This document shows positions 1-15,011 of a stretch of DNA of 64,000 nt, in pieces. How positions within the stretch are numbered: position 1 is the stretch's first letter; every line of letters begins with the position of its first letter. The notes beneath the pieces are model-generated. The model made no database searches. It was not told where the DNA came from and worked only from the letters and a program-made list of their open reading frames with translations. Source of the DNA: Trichoplax sp. H2 (taxonomy: Eukaryota); assembly GCA_003344405.1 (NCBI GenBank), contig NOWV01000115.1:62001-126000 (forward strand), read 5' to 3'. The translations under genes were made by a program, and so were the position numbers.

Positions 1-3000
1 TCCATTATACGATTGGCTTGCGTGGCCTTTGTATGCTAATGAGAATGACTGCATGAAATTGATCATAACAAGACGATCTTGTGGTAATATAATCGGTAAC
101 TACGTCTGAGGGTATGGTATAAAAGTGAGCTTAAATAACCGCTAGAAAATTCCAATAACCAAAGTTAAAGCATATAATATAAATTGTTTAGAATGAATTT
201 ATGGGGCTATTTATTTACCTGATTCTTTCCAAAGACTAAAGTGACTGTTAAGAATTTTCGTGCATCTAAACAGTTACTCAACTAGGCTATTTCTTTTTTC
301 TTTTTTTTATTTGAATTCTTGATAATATAATAATTTACACTCTTCTATTAAGATGTGATCATAAATTGAATTTGATCTCAAACAATCATACAATAAGCTC
401 GCGAATAGATAAAAATTAAGATCGGAAAGTTGCTTAAATAAGGTTAGCTTATTTATTCCTTTCCGATGATCAGATCGATAGAAAAAAATGTTCGATGTTT
501 ATTAGAAATTCAATCTATAAAGTCTATATAATGTTCTAGATATTTCAGAGTAATATTATAATTGAAATGGACTTGTCTTACTAGATTAACATATATTAAG
601 TTATACTTAAGATATGCTGTTACAAAATGTATACCTAGTTTAAAAATGGATAATCCCATTATGTGATTTGGTTATGTACAATTTTACATCAAAGGAACTA
701 AGCCCTGCCGATTAATTTTCATCACTAGATGAGTTATATGTACCCTATAATTAGATGTCAGTAGTATCAAACTTATTGCATAGAATTTATTACGCTGAAC
801 TCTGCAGTAAGATGGTAAACTAGTTTTCTATTATGTAAAAATTAGACTACGCTTAGGAATAACTTTGTTTTGGATAGATAGCGAAGGAGATCTAATAATT
901 ATACTAGCGCATACGTTAAAAATAAAAATTAACTTCAATTAAACGGCAAGATTTATTTTTTAATTCTTTTGATGTGATTTAGATAGCATATGATTCTAAG
1001 ATCATTATTTGGAGAGTAATTTCAGCGATGATTTATATTTGCATAGATTCTGTACTATGATATATCATGACTTACTACAGTAAACTAATTATTTTATTAC
1101 TGTATTTTATTTATTAAAGAAGAAGAATAATTAGCGCTGCTGATGATCTTATTTATTTCTTGACGACATAAAAAAAAGCTTACAGTCAATCGGTAGTATT
1201 TCATCACAACGAAATGATTATATGATGTTGAGCTATGATAAATAAATGATCTGACAGTCATAAATTTATTGGAATATGTTTAGTAAAGATTATCTAAGGC
1301 TACCTTTATCGTAATATGGATTTTTGTCAGTCTTTGACGTAAATTATTCTCAGAAAATGAAAGATTCTATCTTAAAATTTACTGAATATAGTCATTAAAT
1401 AGAAATTAACAATAGTTCTCAGAAACTTATACGCTTTCGAAATCGCATATAATTCTGTCAATTGACATTAACGCATCACTGATATATATGCTCTACATTC
1501 AGCATTCATGAAATGACAAGCTTATAATTCTTGCATTCAACGTCTAAATCTCATTATATTACGACATATTGCTAACTATTGTAATCGCTGTTGCTTACTT
1601 TATTTAATACGAGTAGCATCACTTTACTATCATTTTTAAATTTACCGGATATGATACGAATTTATTAAAATGATATACTGATTCGAAGGATTTCTATGTT
1701 AAATTTTTACTTTTCTTCCTTTACGTAATCATGAGAATTACTGATATTGTTCTCATTAATCATCACCTTTACATTTATGTTCTATTATTCGATAGTGTAT
1801 TATCTCACATTACTTCAAATTTAATTGTGAAAATGTTTTCATTATTGGCATAAAGTAATCTTTAGTAACTACGAATCTCTTAACATTTTGAGCATAGACA
1901 ATATGTCATTAATTTGATCTTATCTGTTCATCCTAAAAAAGAACATTCAGTGTTAACATGATTTCAGTAAAAATGATCAGATCTACGTTAAAAATTCTGT
2001 TTTCTAAAGTCGATAAACTTTCTTTAAGGATATTAAGTTAAACTTTATTGAAAAATGATTAACTTGTTTACTAAAATTTCAGGCCATGTATTTTGAGTAT
2101 TCGTCAGTATTCTTACTATTTGAACAGAGAGGATATAATTAAAAGAGAATAAATAGGTCAATATTATAAGTTGATATGGCTGACTGCTTCAAAATTTTTA
2201 AGGGTTATTGGAATTATGACAAATCCCATTATCATATATCGTATTTGATGCAATCAATACTGCATTAATTCAAAATCTCTCTTAGTTGTCAATACTTTTA
2301 TAAAATTTGCAAATACTGTATTTTAGCTAATATTTATTACCGGCCAATCGATCAATATTCAACATTATATTTATAATTATAGTTTATTCGGCCATTGCTT
2401 TAACTAAAGATAGCTAGGCTTTTTATTCTTACTCTTATTTTTGTCTTTTACTCCGCCTTCCTAAATTGTAAAACTTATTTTTTGTTAAGGGAATTCTATA
2501 TAGAGTCACAGTAGATTGTGAATATTGTTCATATCATCATGAAATAACCAACAAATAGTTTATATGGTAAAGGAAGAAAATGAAAATTTGTAAATAATAC
2601 ATGCCTTGAGGATATCATTCGTCAGAATGATAAGCCTACGACTACTAAAACTGTTAGGTTGATATAAATTATTTACATATGTCAGAATTTCTCCGAATAT
2701 TATAAATCAGTAACGAAATAAAGTATTGAAATTTTTATGTAACTAAAATCATAATATTAAGGCCTAATGGTTAATTTACAGCGTGATGATATAAATAGTG
2801 TAAACTCATAATCGTGATCTGTATTTAAATTGACCATGGTGCATTGTGTGAATTTCTTTAGCTGTAATGCAATAAAGTTATCATTTAATCAAACTGATTG
2901 GGCATCGGCACTTCTTGAAACAGAAATTTTTTTAGTTAGATGTAGAGACTATTGAATTTAGATAATAAATTTCGACGGAAATATATTTCAATCGTAAGCA

Positions 3001-3655
3001 TTAAAATTTCGATAGTAAAGAACTGAAAACAATTTGGCTCAAGAAATGTTTATTACTAGCATTACTAAAATACAGTTGGTAGATTTGATACATTACTTAG
3101 ATTCATGTCCTTTTCGATTTTTATTTAAGCAAAAATCTATTCGGATGAGCTATATCGTGCGTATACTGTAAGGTGGATCTTTATTACGAAATAACAAGAT
3201 TGCATTAATAATAATGTGCAATAGCCGATAACAAAGAAAAACAGAAATTTTATATCTTTCTGTCTGAAAGCATATCCAGGTTGATTAATCTATTTGCAGC
3301 GTTTTACCAGAAAATCTTTCTTACTGTTTTATCGTATTTCTTTAACTACTGGATTGTTACTCTTTGAATAAATAGCAAGAACAATTATTATTTCAATTTA
3401 AATATCAAAATTTCAGTTATTGAGTCCGTAAGTTAATAATTTATTATTATGATAGGGTCATTATTATGATGACGATAAACATTCGAAATATCTTCAACAG
3501 AAAAAGAGGTAGTTTGCTTAATTATGTTTATCATCTCAACTTTATAAAAATAAGAACTATCATGTACCGTACAGATTCAATTATTAAATTCTTTTTATTC
3601 TTCTTTCACTATTTTCAAAGCGGATACATTAAAACGTTTAATATTGTAGTATGAC

Positions 3656-4629
3656 TGTCAAAATTTCACTTTTGCGACAAGGTAACGTTGTAATAAAGTG
3701 TCTATCGAAACGCAACGACTTCCACAACTTGAAGGAAAATCACTTTATTACAATAATTACGTCTTCTACCAAGGACTAGATTATCTATGGCTACTCTGTC
3801 TTCGGAGATAAAATCTCCTGCTTATATACAATTGTGTACAGAGTATCTTCGTGACACATAAATCATTATCTACCTTAATAAGGCTAACATCACACCTCTA
3901 GCGTACCTGGAGGTGCCAAGCAGTATGACTAATAACTTTTACAATCCGTATTGCAATTACTAATACAAATCCTCACATATTTAATCTCACTCTACGATCT
4001 AGCACCAATACAAGGGTATCTATCTTAATTAGCCTAGTAATTACGTCATGCACGATATTCACACATACTGTATATAATCTTAAGCTATATTTGGGCTGCA
4101 CTACAAACGTACAGTAAAAGTCTATAAGTAGCTACTGACTTAAACGCCATTTTACTTAACGTTAAATACACACAGCAAAATACTGTAAAGATGAAACTTT
4201 TATTAGCAAAGATACATCGATAACTTCTTACCACACTTCTCAACTCAAATGTTCCCGTTTATATAGGAACCGTTTAATTTGTAAACAACAACAGTATTAT
4301 TATTATACCTTACTAGGAGAAACATCTCGAACTGAGATATTCCTTACATGGCTTTTCTATAAGTAAATATTTTGAATCTCTTGCTCATACTTAATCTTAA
4401 TCTAAGCTCATAGGTTGTCTAATTCAACTATCATCAACTAGAACTTGAATCATCCTACTGCTATCTATCACATTATAACAATCAATATCAAATATGTAAT
4501 GAACTATTAAAAACAACATCCACGTTAAGGCATTACTTATCGTACCTAGAACTACAAATATAGATATTTTCCATACTAGCTGAAACTGTACTTATTAAAC
4601 TATCCTAATAACAAGGCAACACCGTAACA
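3656..4629 (-). mobile_element. Solo-LTR-like element, family F, long copy (974 bp)
   Basis: Termini TGTCA...GTAACA; flanks ATGAC/ATGGC (4/5 TSD). The start and the last ~520 bp align with 36533-37081, and part aligns in reverse with 19329-19678. Confidence 0.75.
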
Positions 4630-6912
4630 ATGGCACATTATTGTGTTAAGATAACGGCTTTGTTTCGTATGGCAATGCACGTCGTTTAACTACGCAATAT
4701 TAGTAAAAGATACGTTGAATTCGTATTTATATTTAAGCCCAGTTGCAGTTTTAATTTTTATTCCTGAATATATTAATATGACAATCAAGTAGATAATTGA
4801 CTTTGCCTTTACAACTAATGAAATAGATTCGAGCGATTTCATAATGATTATGCTGGATACCAATTCCATTCTATGAATACAAGGTGCACTAATTATGAAG
4901 AAGAAATAATAGCGATTAACTGTCAATCAAGAAATGAAGCTTATTCTTCAATTCAAGTTGATTCTTGACTGTATTGATTATTATTTATTTTTTTGCAAAA
5001 TATATCAAGGCGGACGTGATGATCTTTACCTGTTTATCTTCTAAAAATACTTGCCTTTTAATTGATAGTCATTTTATAATACTTCCTCATTATTTGCGCT
5101 CCTGTTTCTCTTATTGCATAGGTATAAGGCCACTTTAATAGGTTGTAGTAAATAATTGAAATACAAATTAGTGTCTACGATTAGCCTAAAACGCTTTAAC
5201 CTTTTTTGATATACCTCTTGAATTATTAAGATTCACAGTAAACAAATTATAATAATACATAAACATCTTTAGCTTCAATACTACCTTGAACAGCTGCTAA
5301 GATTTAATTGATAAAAATGTTAATTGTAACTTTAATTTGATCTTCTATTAGCTATACAAATGTCGAAATTGATCGAATAGAGATTTTAAACATAGATTAA
5401 GGGTAAATATCTTGAATACATTGATATCTATTTATTAGTGATAGAATTTAAATTTCGATTAGTAAATTCTTATTGCCGCAGTCATCTCGTTTATATGAAG
5501 CAAATATTGCCTAACCGAATTTGTATCATTTTAAAGCGGTATTGATAATGTAGTTGACTCCTTCTTTCCTAGTTAAATTTATGACCAATCGCTTTCTTGA
5601 TGATTTGATATTATTATGCAGCAGTATTTGACTTTTATTACTTGATATTTCACAGTTTCGCTACTGTATCTCCAATTTACTATTGTATCGATATCAATGC
5701 GAATCTGATAAATGATGTATTATCTCTTGGATGTATACTTAAGGTGTACTTCATATTCTTGTTCAGATTACAAAACCTCTCACGTAGTAATATCAGAAAG
5801 TATATAGGATTATTATTAAACATTGCTTTGGATGATTGCGAATTATTATTGACTACCGCATTAAAGAAATACGATCTTCGCAAATCATCCTTATTTTCAT
5901 TAAATTGTACTTATTACAAAAAATTGGTTTATCAGTCAACAATTTTTAAATTCCAGGAATTCAGTCTTAGATTATTCGCGTGAAGACATATCTTGGTTTA
6001 GAAATGTAAGCATGAAAATTTAAATTTTAGATAGCTTATCGTCATTAACAGATTATCACTTTAACTCCTTTATTGCGGAGTAATTGTATAAGTTCAGACG
6101 ATCATTCTCATTTGCCGTAATGTGAATAATAAACGAAATTTTATTTTATGGCAATTTATAAGCTGCTATATCTTGATAATAAATTTACTATCTCTTGGCT
6201 ATAATTTTGTGAATTAATAATGAAGGTTTAAGGATTTAATTTTCACTACATAATTATGTTTTGAAAGTTTGCTACACTAATTATAGACTAAGTTTCTATT
6301 TACATAATACGATAGGAAAAATCTCAGAATTTCTTTATCTTTTTGACATAGAACTTAGAGAATTTTAGTCAGTGATGATGCATTTCAAGTCAAGTCGCAA
6401 AATAAATAAGTACGGAGTATTAATAATCATCGATTATAAATTCTCATTTTTTGCGATGTGTTTTAGTCTTAACATTTATCTCCTCGTCTCATTCTGATTA
6501 AATGCATTAATCAAGTTATTATTTATTCGGATGACTATATCTATTAATTTGATGGGGTAGCTAAAGTGATGGTAGTAACTGATGTTTAGAATGCATTAAA
6601 GTTTACTTGACTTGATTTGGTATTATACAATCTGAATTAAATTCTAACACCAGTTTTCTAGATAAGAATGTATATCTTCAATTTTAAGGAATAATTTCAT
6701 AAATTTCAAGCAAAACTTGGCTCCACAAGAGTAGCACACTAATGTGAAAATGCACGGGTAAATAAAACCGCAGATAAAAAGAACTCATTGATTTATTCAT
6801 CTGCAATGGGATAATCATACAGGAATAATTTTAATCCTTCCAACCGTATTAAACGAAACAATACTGTTAAATGATCGCCTAAATTGCGCTAATTTAAACT
6901 ATGAAATTGAGC

Positions 6913-7542
6913 TGTCACAAAACAGCTTTGCAACAAGATAACGTAATGTACGATCAATAAGCCCATTCCTTGAACCACGTATCAAGGAACGATATCTGCA
7001 CTATCACAAACACTTTTGTTCTACTAGCAGACTACACAAAGACTTAAACGCCTAGTATTTTACGTTAAACACAAAGTTTGAGAATCCACTTTATTACACG
7101 ATATACTACATTTATCTACTCTTCCGCAATAGTTCATGAGTCATAGTTAGTACAATTAACTTTGGAATCATTTACTGAATTAGATATTAATTTAAGCTAC
7201 TGCTCCCTTAATACAGACAGCAGTATTTACGAACATAGACATCTGATGACTAATACAGAACAGTCAGATTACGATATGTCCTATCACGGAACATTTCCAC
7301 GATAATTTACAACCTACCATAAGTCAGTTATAATCACAATGATTCGAACTGTAAGTAGATAATTTGCATTCCCTATTATAACTATTAATTTCAGTATGTG
7401 TATCTATGTCACTGTCATAAAAAGTCCGTGCTGTATTAAAACGCAGTATATCCAAATTAGAAGTTAACTGAATAAGGATAGTCTAACAGAATTATCCTAA
7501 CGCAGATATTTCTACCATAATACAGTATATAACACTGTCACA
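6913..7542 (-). mobile_element. Solo-LTR-like element, family D (630 bp)
   Basis: Termini TGTCACA...TGTCACA (right end one change from TGTAACA); flanks TGAGC/TGAAC. Near-identical in reverse to 27587-27906 and 28188-28353, and in the same orientation to 51161-51282. Confidence 0.85.
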
Positions 7543-8597
7543 TGAACTCTGTTCTATGCCCCCAGAAATTAATAAAATTTATTTTCTGTTATAAAATATG
7601 ATTAAAATTTGATAAAGAAATGTATGGTGGTCAATATTTTTCCTGATCCAGTTAATTATTCGATATAAAATCCTCTACAATAGTTAAATATCGTTTTAAT
7701 ATTAAATTTTACTCCAAATTTCAGGTAATTTCAAAATTTTAGTAACTTTCTTTTATAGCTATATTTTGTCAGTTAGGATTTCGAAATAAATTTACCTCAA
7801 TGTTTTACACTTAATTAATCATCCATGAATAGCTGTTTTGATTTACTAGCATACGGGTAAAATATTGCTATAAAAAATTGGCAGAAGTCAGTTTAAGTTA
7901 ATCGTAAATGTATGAGCTAGATATACATATATATATAACATTGTTCTAGCTGAATTAAATTTTCAATTATCAGTTATACAATTTTACGCCAATTTCCCAG
8001 AGATAATTACTATTATATGAATTTATATCGATAGAGCTGCATGAAATAATGTTAATCAGCAATCTAGACTCGCGTGATTTATGATTATAATAATTTGAAT
8101 AGTGAGAATATTCTTTCTATTAAAGGCTTATCTTGGTTTCATTTTCTTATTTTTTCTTTATTCTGATGTACGTTGTATCTGAAATCGTTAAAGGATAAAT
8201 ACCACATATCGGTCACGTATATATCTTACTAAAAGATGATCTGTTATGGCTCATGCCGGAAATGGCGTTATTATCGATGCCGGTAGTTTATCATCCGGAT
8301 ACAATATTAACGGCTTTCATGTCATAGTTATATCTGTGCGAAGCTGCATTATACTTTCTTAACATTCCATAAGTAATTTCATCTTTCAGTTTCTACTCTA
8401 TTGATTCTAGGAAGAAAAATCATTATTTAGATCCAATATTAACGAAAATAAAGCATATATGCACAATTAATGTATAATCTAAGAGCTAGGTATATGCTTT
8501 CATTCAATTTAAATTTCATTTGTGATCTGTTTATTTTTGACACGGTCAAAAATCGATTTATTACATCGCGTGTTCAGTTTCAAAACTAATATGACCT

Positions 8598-8810
8598 TGT
8601 TACTGAGCAAAGCACCGTACGTGCTAATTAAACAGATTTTGTTAGTATTTAGCAGCTAATGGATCATATTAATAAAAACTATACTAATCTTTTAGAACAG
8701 TCTTATCCCTGTGTGACCGTAAGTAGTATAGAGCTACCACAGGTGTAGTGGAGCAAGGTATAAGTAATCTATTAGTTTAGTGTAGTAGTTCACAACATAA
8801 GTTTGTGACA
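8598..8810 (+). mobile_element. Solo-LTR-like element, family C, internally deleted copy (213 bp)
   Basis: TGTTAC...GTGACA; flanks GACCT/GACCG. Both halves match 56643-57680 (GAGCAAAGCACCGTAC...; CAGGTGTAGTGGAGCAAGG...AATCTATTAGTTTAGTGTAGTA). Confidence 0.75.
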
Positions 8811-10656
8811 GACCGATTCTGATTTTTTTGAGTCTTTCAAATATCTGTAGCATTCCTAGCATTACAGCTGACGATGAAATCGCAAATTGCCTCTAAATTA
8901 ATCAAGTTAAGATTTAGACTTTCAAATGTTCCACCTGTTCTTTATTTCTCACGGGAATTTTAACTAAACACAACGTCGAAACTATGGCTGAGATCAAAGT
9001 TTTATTTTAGTGCTCAAAACAGTTACTATGTATCAATTATTTATCTTGCTGTATGAATAAGGATAAATAACAACGTTCTGTACCTTAAAAATTAACTTAA
9101 AGAATCATTTGAACTTGTCAATGTCCGGTATTTGTTTTGAAGATATTGAATAGATCAATGGATTGAATTTCGCCATTCAACATAAAATTTAATTAAGATT
9201 CTGGTAGTTATTCTTCCTGCTGTCTTAATGCAACTATGACTACGATTTAAATATTTAACGTAAACATCTGATGCAATTTAAAACTAAATGTAATGTTGTT
9301 ATTGGTATAACTAAACATTGTAAGGTTGCGAGGCCTGCAGTTATCTCGTTTTGCTACCCATGGAATTTATATCTTATTGCTACAGTTTTACCTCCTTTTC
9401 CTTCCTAACTGTGAAGAAACGATAGTTATGGAGACCATTTAGTGTAAGCATACGTAGCTAATTAAACTAGCGGCTTAAGAAAACTTTCGACATAATAGAC
9501 GGGTTGTAAATGAAATATAATATACTACTAATGACTTTGTAATGTTCATCATTTTCATTTCTAAGCTACAAAGGATTTATGTATCTTTGCTTTTCATTTT
9601 CTCAAGTAACGACAGCTAAATGACCCTAATAATTCGGAGTTAATAGTTTATAATAGTTTAAGCATTATACAGAACACAACAAAACAAAAAAATTATACAA
9701 CAAGGACCAGCTGTAGTAATTCTGGTTATCATTAACGAACTTAAGAAAAATGGTAACTTACGGGAAAGTATGAGTATAAGACATTATTGCCGTAGTATGT
9801 GATTTAAGGCTAAGAGTACATAATCCATTATTAACTTTGGACTATTTGTCAAACGTTCAAGGCCAGAATTTTGAAATTTTCACATTCTTACATTTAGTAA
9901 ATGATTAATTGCCATTCAATGGTGTAGAATGCTGTCATTATGCTAATTTTAAAATACGTATAATGCTGATGACCTTGGAGTTGTACCTTAAAATTGTTTA
10001 ATGCTTCATTGCGGTACGTTGCTTAAATACTGATAATCTATTTCATATTCAATTCGATATGTCTAATTGTGGTATGAGTAAAGTAAAGTAAGAAAAATTA
10101 GTGTTAGAGATAGCTTAAGTATTCTCATCCATCAATAGACTTAATAAATAACTCTTTATGAAAACGGTAATTGGATTAATTAAATCAGAAATGAATATAT
10201 TTTCTATCATAATACGGAGCAATTTCCTGTAAGAAAATAGAATGCTGTTGTAAACATTTATCACCCGATGGATCGTGTAGATTAAGTATCCCAGTTCCGA
10301 ATATAGTATGACCTTCATTTTGCCTATTTCATACATACACACACCTAACTGGAAAATGGTAAAAACTAATTAACTAATGGCGCTCTAGTTCAGAACTGTG
10401 TAAGTATTCATAATATGCAAAAGTATAGCAAATAGCTAGTCGATCGAGAAATTTATTTATGGCTTATCGGTAATATGAACATATAAGCAAGTGTACAAGT
10501 GTAAATAGCAAGGCCCTAGCAGCTATGTTGAGAGATATATGTAAATATTGCTGTCGATACAGATTATAATTATTTATCATCTCTGTTCAATTTTTATGGA
10601 TCCACCATAACAGCAGTGACTTTAGCGGAAGAATGTTTCCTCTACGCTTTTGACAG

Positions 10657-11065
10657 TGTCATAGCTGTCTAAGTGGTTATCATAAACTATCTAGAACAAC
10701 CCTCCTAGATAGACTCAAAAGAACGGTCGCAAAAAGTACCGCTTACTTTAGGTTACGACTTTATTTTAGTAGTTCTTACTAGCAATCTATAACAAAAAGA
10801 AAAAGCAAAAACTACCAACAGCAACTAGCTTTTATACTTAGACTTAGAATAAGATGGCATAAAGCAGGTGGACAACTGACATTCAATCGAAAGAGGTCAG
10901 TGCCGCTATAGCTTACAAACATGACAGATTGTAACTTAGCCAAACTGCATTATTAACTTAAGTACTACAAGAAAAGATTACAATTTAAAAAATATAGCTC
11001 TTAGTATGAGCTAGCAAGAATTCCTGCCTGAACATTTATCTTATCTAAGGCCATTTAATATTACT
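10657..11065 (-). mobile_element. Probable solo-LTR-like element, single copy in window
   Basis: Starts TGTCATA after GACAG and ends TATTACT followed by GACAG (perfect 5-mer, last base of the CA terminus changed). Reverse-strand AATAAA (TTTATT ~10760) and TATA (CTTTTATAC ~10830) lie in LTR order. Confidence 0.45.
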
Positions 11066-12926
11066 GACAGAATTCCTATTACATCCGCTTAATGACTCAA
11101 TCGGCATACGTATCTTAATTTATAGACTTACATGATCATGATGAAAGAACTACTAAATCAAAACCTTAATATCGGAAATGTATTTACGTAACAGGAAGAT
11201 TATATTCTATTAGTCGTCTACTTTCATCTATAGAAACCTTAAACTGTCTTTGTAAGCTTGAGCATATGACTGATATGAATCAGTTTGAGTGTTAGATTTA
11301 CGCTTTTAGCATTGTCTACAATCTTTAGAAGTTGAAATTCTGCCATTATCAATACTAAAAGAATTAGGTTAAAGGTCAAATGTTTTATAGACTAGCCGAA
11401 ACGAACAGACTTAAATTAAATTGGCCAAGGATAGATGTATCGCAGACTATCGCCGTTATTATTTTTATGCTTTAATATTGAATTTGTCTTCATTTCAACA
11501 AAAATCTACGAGAATATCACTTATAAACAACTGGCAAGAATCGGCAGCCCAGGCAATTTTTGTAAGATGTTTAATTTTACATTTTACAACTTGCGCAGCA
11601 GCCCGATAAATGAACGATTAAAACAACTCTGACTTCTGTTATAGCAACTTTTCTTTTAAAAATGCTATGAGACACCGGCATTCATTGATTAACCACCGAT
11701 TTAATTTTTCCCTATATAGCATCAATATCTGCAAATTCTAATCTTAGCTTACGATAATAGCAATAATATTGACCGTCAATATCAAATATAGTATGGTGTA
11801 GCATGTTTGTGTTACCCAATCCGTTGCACTTGATAAAATACTGATAGCAACTAATTTATTATGACCATGTTTGATTTTATTTTAATGGCACGCGTCTTCC
11901 TTGGTTTTGTGCTAAAGTCTGAGAATAGAAGCAATTGCTGCAGATTGTTTTAGCTTAATGTAGCTTTGTAAAATCTTTATATACATACCTACCAATGTCA
12001 ACTTTTAATAACTCTATAATTACAATAAAGATTCAACAGTATTCTAAAAAATCAAAAATTTCATAATACATGGATCAGCAATCAAGATTTTCTTATTGAT
12101 TCAGATCATGGAATTTTCTTAGAATAAGGTCAGATGATCACTTTGGATTGTTTTTCCGACTAAAATTCTTGATTATATTAGGTGCCAATGCCCTAAGATA
12201 TTCAATAATTCTATAAAAGTAATTACTCTGATTACAATGGATCTGACACTGATAATGATCCACTTTTCTTGTCAGTTTTCAGTAATTTCCTGTTTACTTT
12301 AATACGGAAAACGTGACTCTTAATTTTAAGCGACTAAGTTAATTAATTTCAAGATGATCGAAATAAAATAACATAGCGAGTGAAGACATTTTCCTGTTTA
12401 TATTTGTAGCTGCTCGTCAGTTTTTGACAGTAGTTGGCCTGCTGTTAATTAATCTATTCAGTGCTAAATTTGCTAAAGCTGGATCGCTTTGAGTAATTCT
12501 ATTACCGTAATATTTCATCGAGATTTCAGATATGAATTTAATCAAGAATGAAAATGCTATTGAGACTGATTCTTTTATTGTCAGCGGATTATTAAAGATT
12601 GTAACCTTGACTGATATTATTGTATGATTCTAATTTATAGATTTCCTACAATTTATCGGAATATCTATAGGGGAGCAGCATCAACTTTATAACTCTGAGC
12701 TTTCTGACTTGGCAGTATTATCCTCTTTCTTCGTCTTTTAAAATATTCGTTATTAATTCTTGGAATAAAACCATTGCTGTTATCCTATTAAATGTATTGC
12801 AAAGAACTGGATTAATCACTATTCCTTTATAGGGTGGGCTGTATAATTAGCCTCAGTTCTACTTTATCAAACTCATAATAAAATAAACAATTTAAAACGA
12901 AAAGATCTCAACGCCATTCTATCATC

Positions 12927-14180
12927 ATGAATATCACACCGGTATCCAATCTAGTTTCTGTTAATGACACACAAGGTAATCTTAGTCGATCGGATAGCTC
13001 TAATACATACTATGCTATTACTACTGTTATGATAACTTTAATTAATGTATTTGGAATGTTTGGAAATTGTTCAATCATTCTTATTATTCGAAAAAAAAAA
13101 GAGCTACATACATTACCTTACTTTCAGATTAGTCACTTATCCATTGCGAGTGCAATTTTTTTCTTCACGTCGTTTATATTTCAAATTATCAATCGACATT
13201 ATACAAGTTTGTCAAAATCTTATCAAAATGTGTCGTTCTCTACAAATTATAATTTGAGTGAGAACTCTACCTACTTGCATAACGTCTCCAATTTAAGTGT
13301 TGCATCGTATACGAGTATACCATATTGTCAAGTTTGTGTCTCCATTCTTCTTATTTCTACCAATGTCATTACTTTTATATTAACCTTGATTAGCGTTGGA
13401 CATTATCGAGCTGTCATTTCAATGCAAAAGCAATGCATGACATGGCGAAAATTATATATCATAATCAGTATGATGTGGTTATCCGCTACTGCAATTTGTT
13501 TGCCTTATACAATTTTAGTCATAAGCACGAACACTCGTAATAAAATTATTATATGTGAATTCAGCACTTTTGAAAATTTGCAGTCTTTTATTTCTGCTTA
13601 CACTTATATTCATGTTATATTATGCTTTATCTTACCTTGTATTATCATCTGTTATTGTTATGCAAGAATTATGTTTAAATTGTATCGTCAGCATAAAAAT
13701 CGAATTGAAATTGTATCACCAGGTCGACGTGCAACTTCACAATTTCATTATTATGATCGGCGACAGAAATCAATCGTTCGAACATTTGCAATCACAACGA
13801 TACTCTATATTTTATGTGTATCTCCATATTCGGCATCATTTTTGTTGATAACTTTTCCAAAACCTACTGTTGAAAATACGGATGTAACCAGTAACTTTAC
13901 AACTGCAGGATGGTTTTCATCACAGACAAGTACAAATTTATCACTATTGAATAGATCGGCAATATTCAAAGTAATAGGAAAGGAAAGTGAATCGGGAGCA
14001 AGTGATGGGATATTTTTTGCGATGGGTTGCATTTTCCTTTCTATTTTATTTGCTTGCATGCCAATTATGTATGCTCGTTCGCACATCAAATTGAGGAAAA
14101 TTGTATTAAAAATGGTAAGATATCCATGCCAAGTTGGGCGAACAAAGCAATTGAGGGTAGCTGAATTTCGTCAGATGTGA
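12927..14180 (+). CDS. Intronless orphan rhodopsin-like (class A) GPCR, 417 aa
   Basis: Seven hydrophobic segments; TM1 GN (FGNCS), ECL1/ECL2 Cys pair (PYCQV, IICEF), TM4 W, TM5 FILPCIIICYCY, TM6 LCVSPY, TM7 MPIMY; N-terminal NxS/T sites. The DRY position reads GHY. Confidence 0.9.
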   Translation: MNITPVSNLVSVNDTQGNLSRSDSSNTYYAITTVMITLINVFGMFGNCSIILIIRKKKELHTLPYFQISHLSIASAIFFFTSFIFQIINRHYTSLSKSYQNVSFSTNYNLSENSTYLHNVSNLSVASYTSIPYCQVCVSILLISTNVITFILTLISVGHYRAVISMQKQCMTWRKLYIIISMMWLSATAICLPYTILVISTNTRNKIIICEFSTFENLQSFISAYTYIHVILCFILPCIIICYCYARIMFKLYRQHKNRIEIVSPGRRATSQFHYYDRRQKSIVRTFAITTILYILCVSPYSASFLLITFPKPTVENTDVTSNFTTAGWFSSQTSTNLSLLNRSAIFKVIGKESESGASDGIFFAMGCIFLSILFACMPIMYARSHIKLRKIVLKMVRYPCQVGRTKQLRVAEFRQM

Positions 14181-15011
14181 ATTGGAAAGTCAAAGCTAAC
14201 TAACAAGTATTTACTATCAATTTGGATTGTCTTTAATTGAATTGGCTATTTCCTATCACTTTCGCGAAGACATTTACAGGTCAATGTAAATTGAAAGGTT
14301 TTCATTCGACCAATGCAGTGCACGAGTAAAGTCCATCACAAAAATAAAGCGAAATCAAATGGAAACATTTAAACATTTATGTTATGACCGTCATTTCTTT
14401 TCTCAAAAATACGTAACGCCAAAATTGAAAATTGTTTATGTTTGAATAGATATGTTGGCAATGGGTAAATAGAGGGTATTTTTATTTAATTTTGTAATTG
14501 TGTCATCAGCCTTATTTCTCTTACCTGATCTTGCTTTAATTCGAAGTTCATGTAATTGTAAAAAGTATCTTAAACTCTCGTAATGGTCATGATTTATTAT
14601 GATTAAAATTACTTGGCTGCATCACGTAAGGCCAGTGATGTTATGATACCATTATCTTCTATTCCATCGTGGCCATAATTTATTATAGCTGAGATTATTC
14701 CAGTACATTAGATAATGCCAGTGGCATTATCCTATAATTAAAGTATAAAAACGATACGATTCTCAAAACCAGCCTAATTCCTGAACTTAATGCATCATGT
14801 AATCGAAAACATGCTCATGTAAAGTTCCCTTACTTATGCAAATTGTGTGATGTCGATGTGATACTTTCCTGTAATGAAATTAATGCAATCCAAATGTGAT
14901 TTCAATAGCAAATAAATTGTCCATCTTAACAGCTTCCTCGTGATATTCTTCTGTTTACTATATTTATATTTTTAATCCATCTTAGTTTTCTACCACATTA
15001 CTTTATGCAGC

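Noticed and set aside
1-110. Possible coding tail at the window start (PLYDWLAWPLYANEND...)
   Set aside because: Too short and without a recognisable motif; needs upstream sequence.
4690-4926. ORF beginning LTVNRYY, reminiscent of a GPCR DRY region
   Set aside because: In-frame stop immediately upstream, no other TM motifs; compatible with chance in AT-rich DNA.
13045-14089. Short overlapping ORFs within the plus-strand GPCR, and 59502-59687 within GT31
   Set aside because: Alternative-frame or antisense shadows of real coding sequence.
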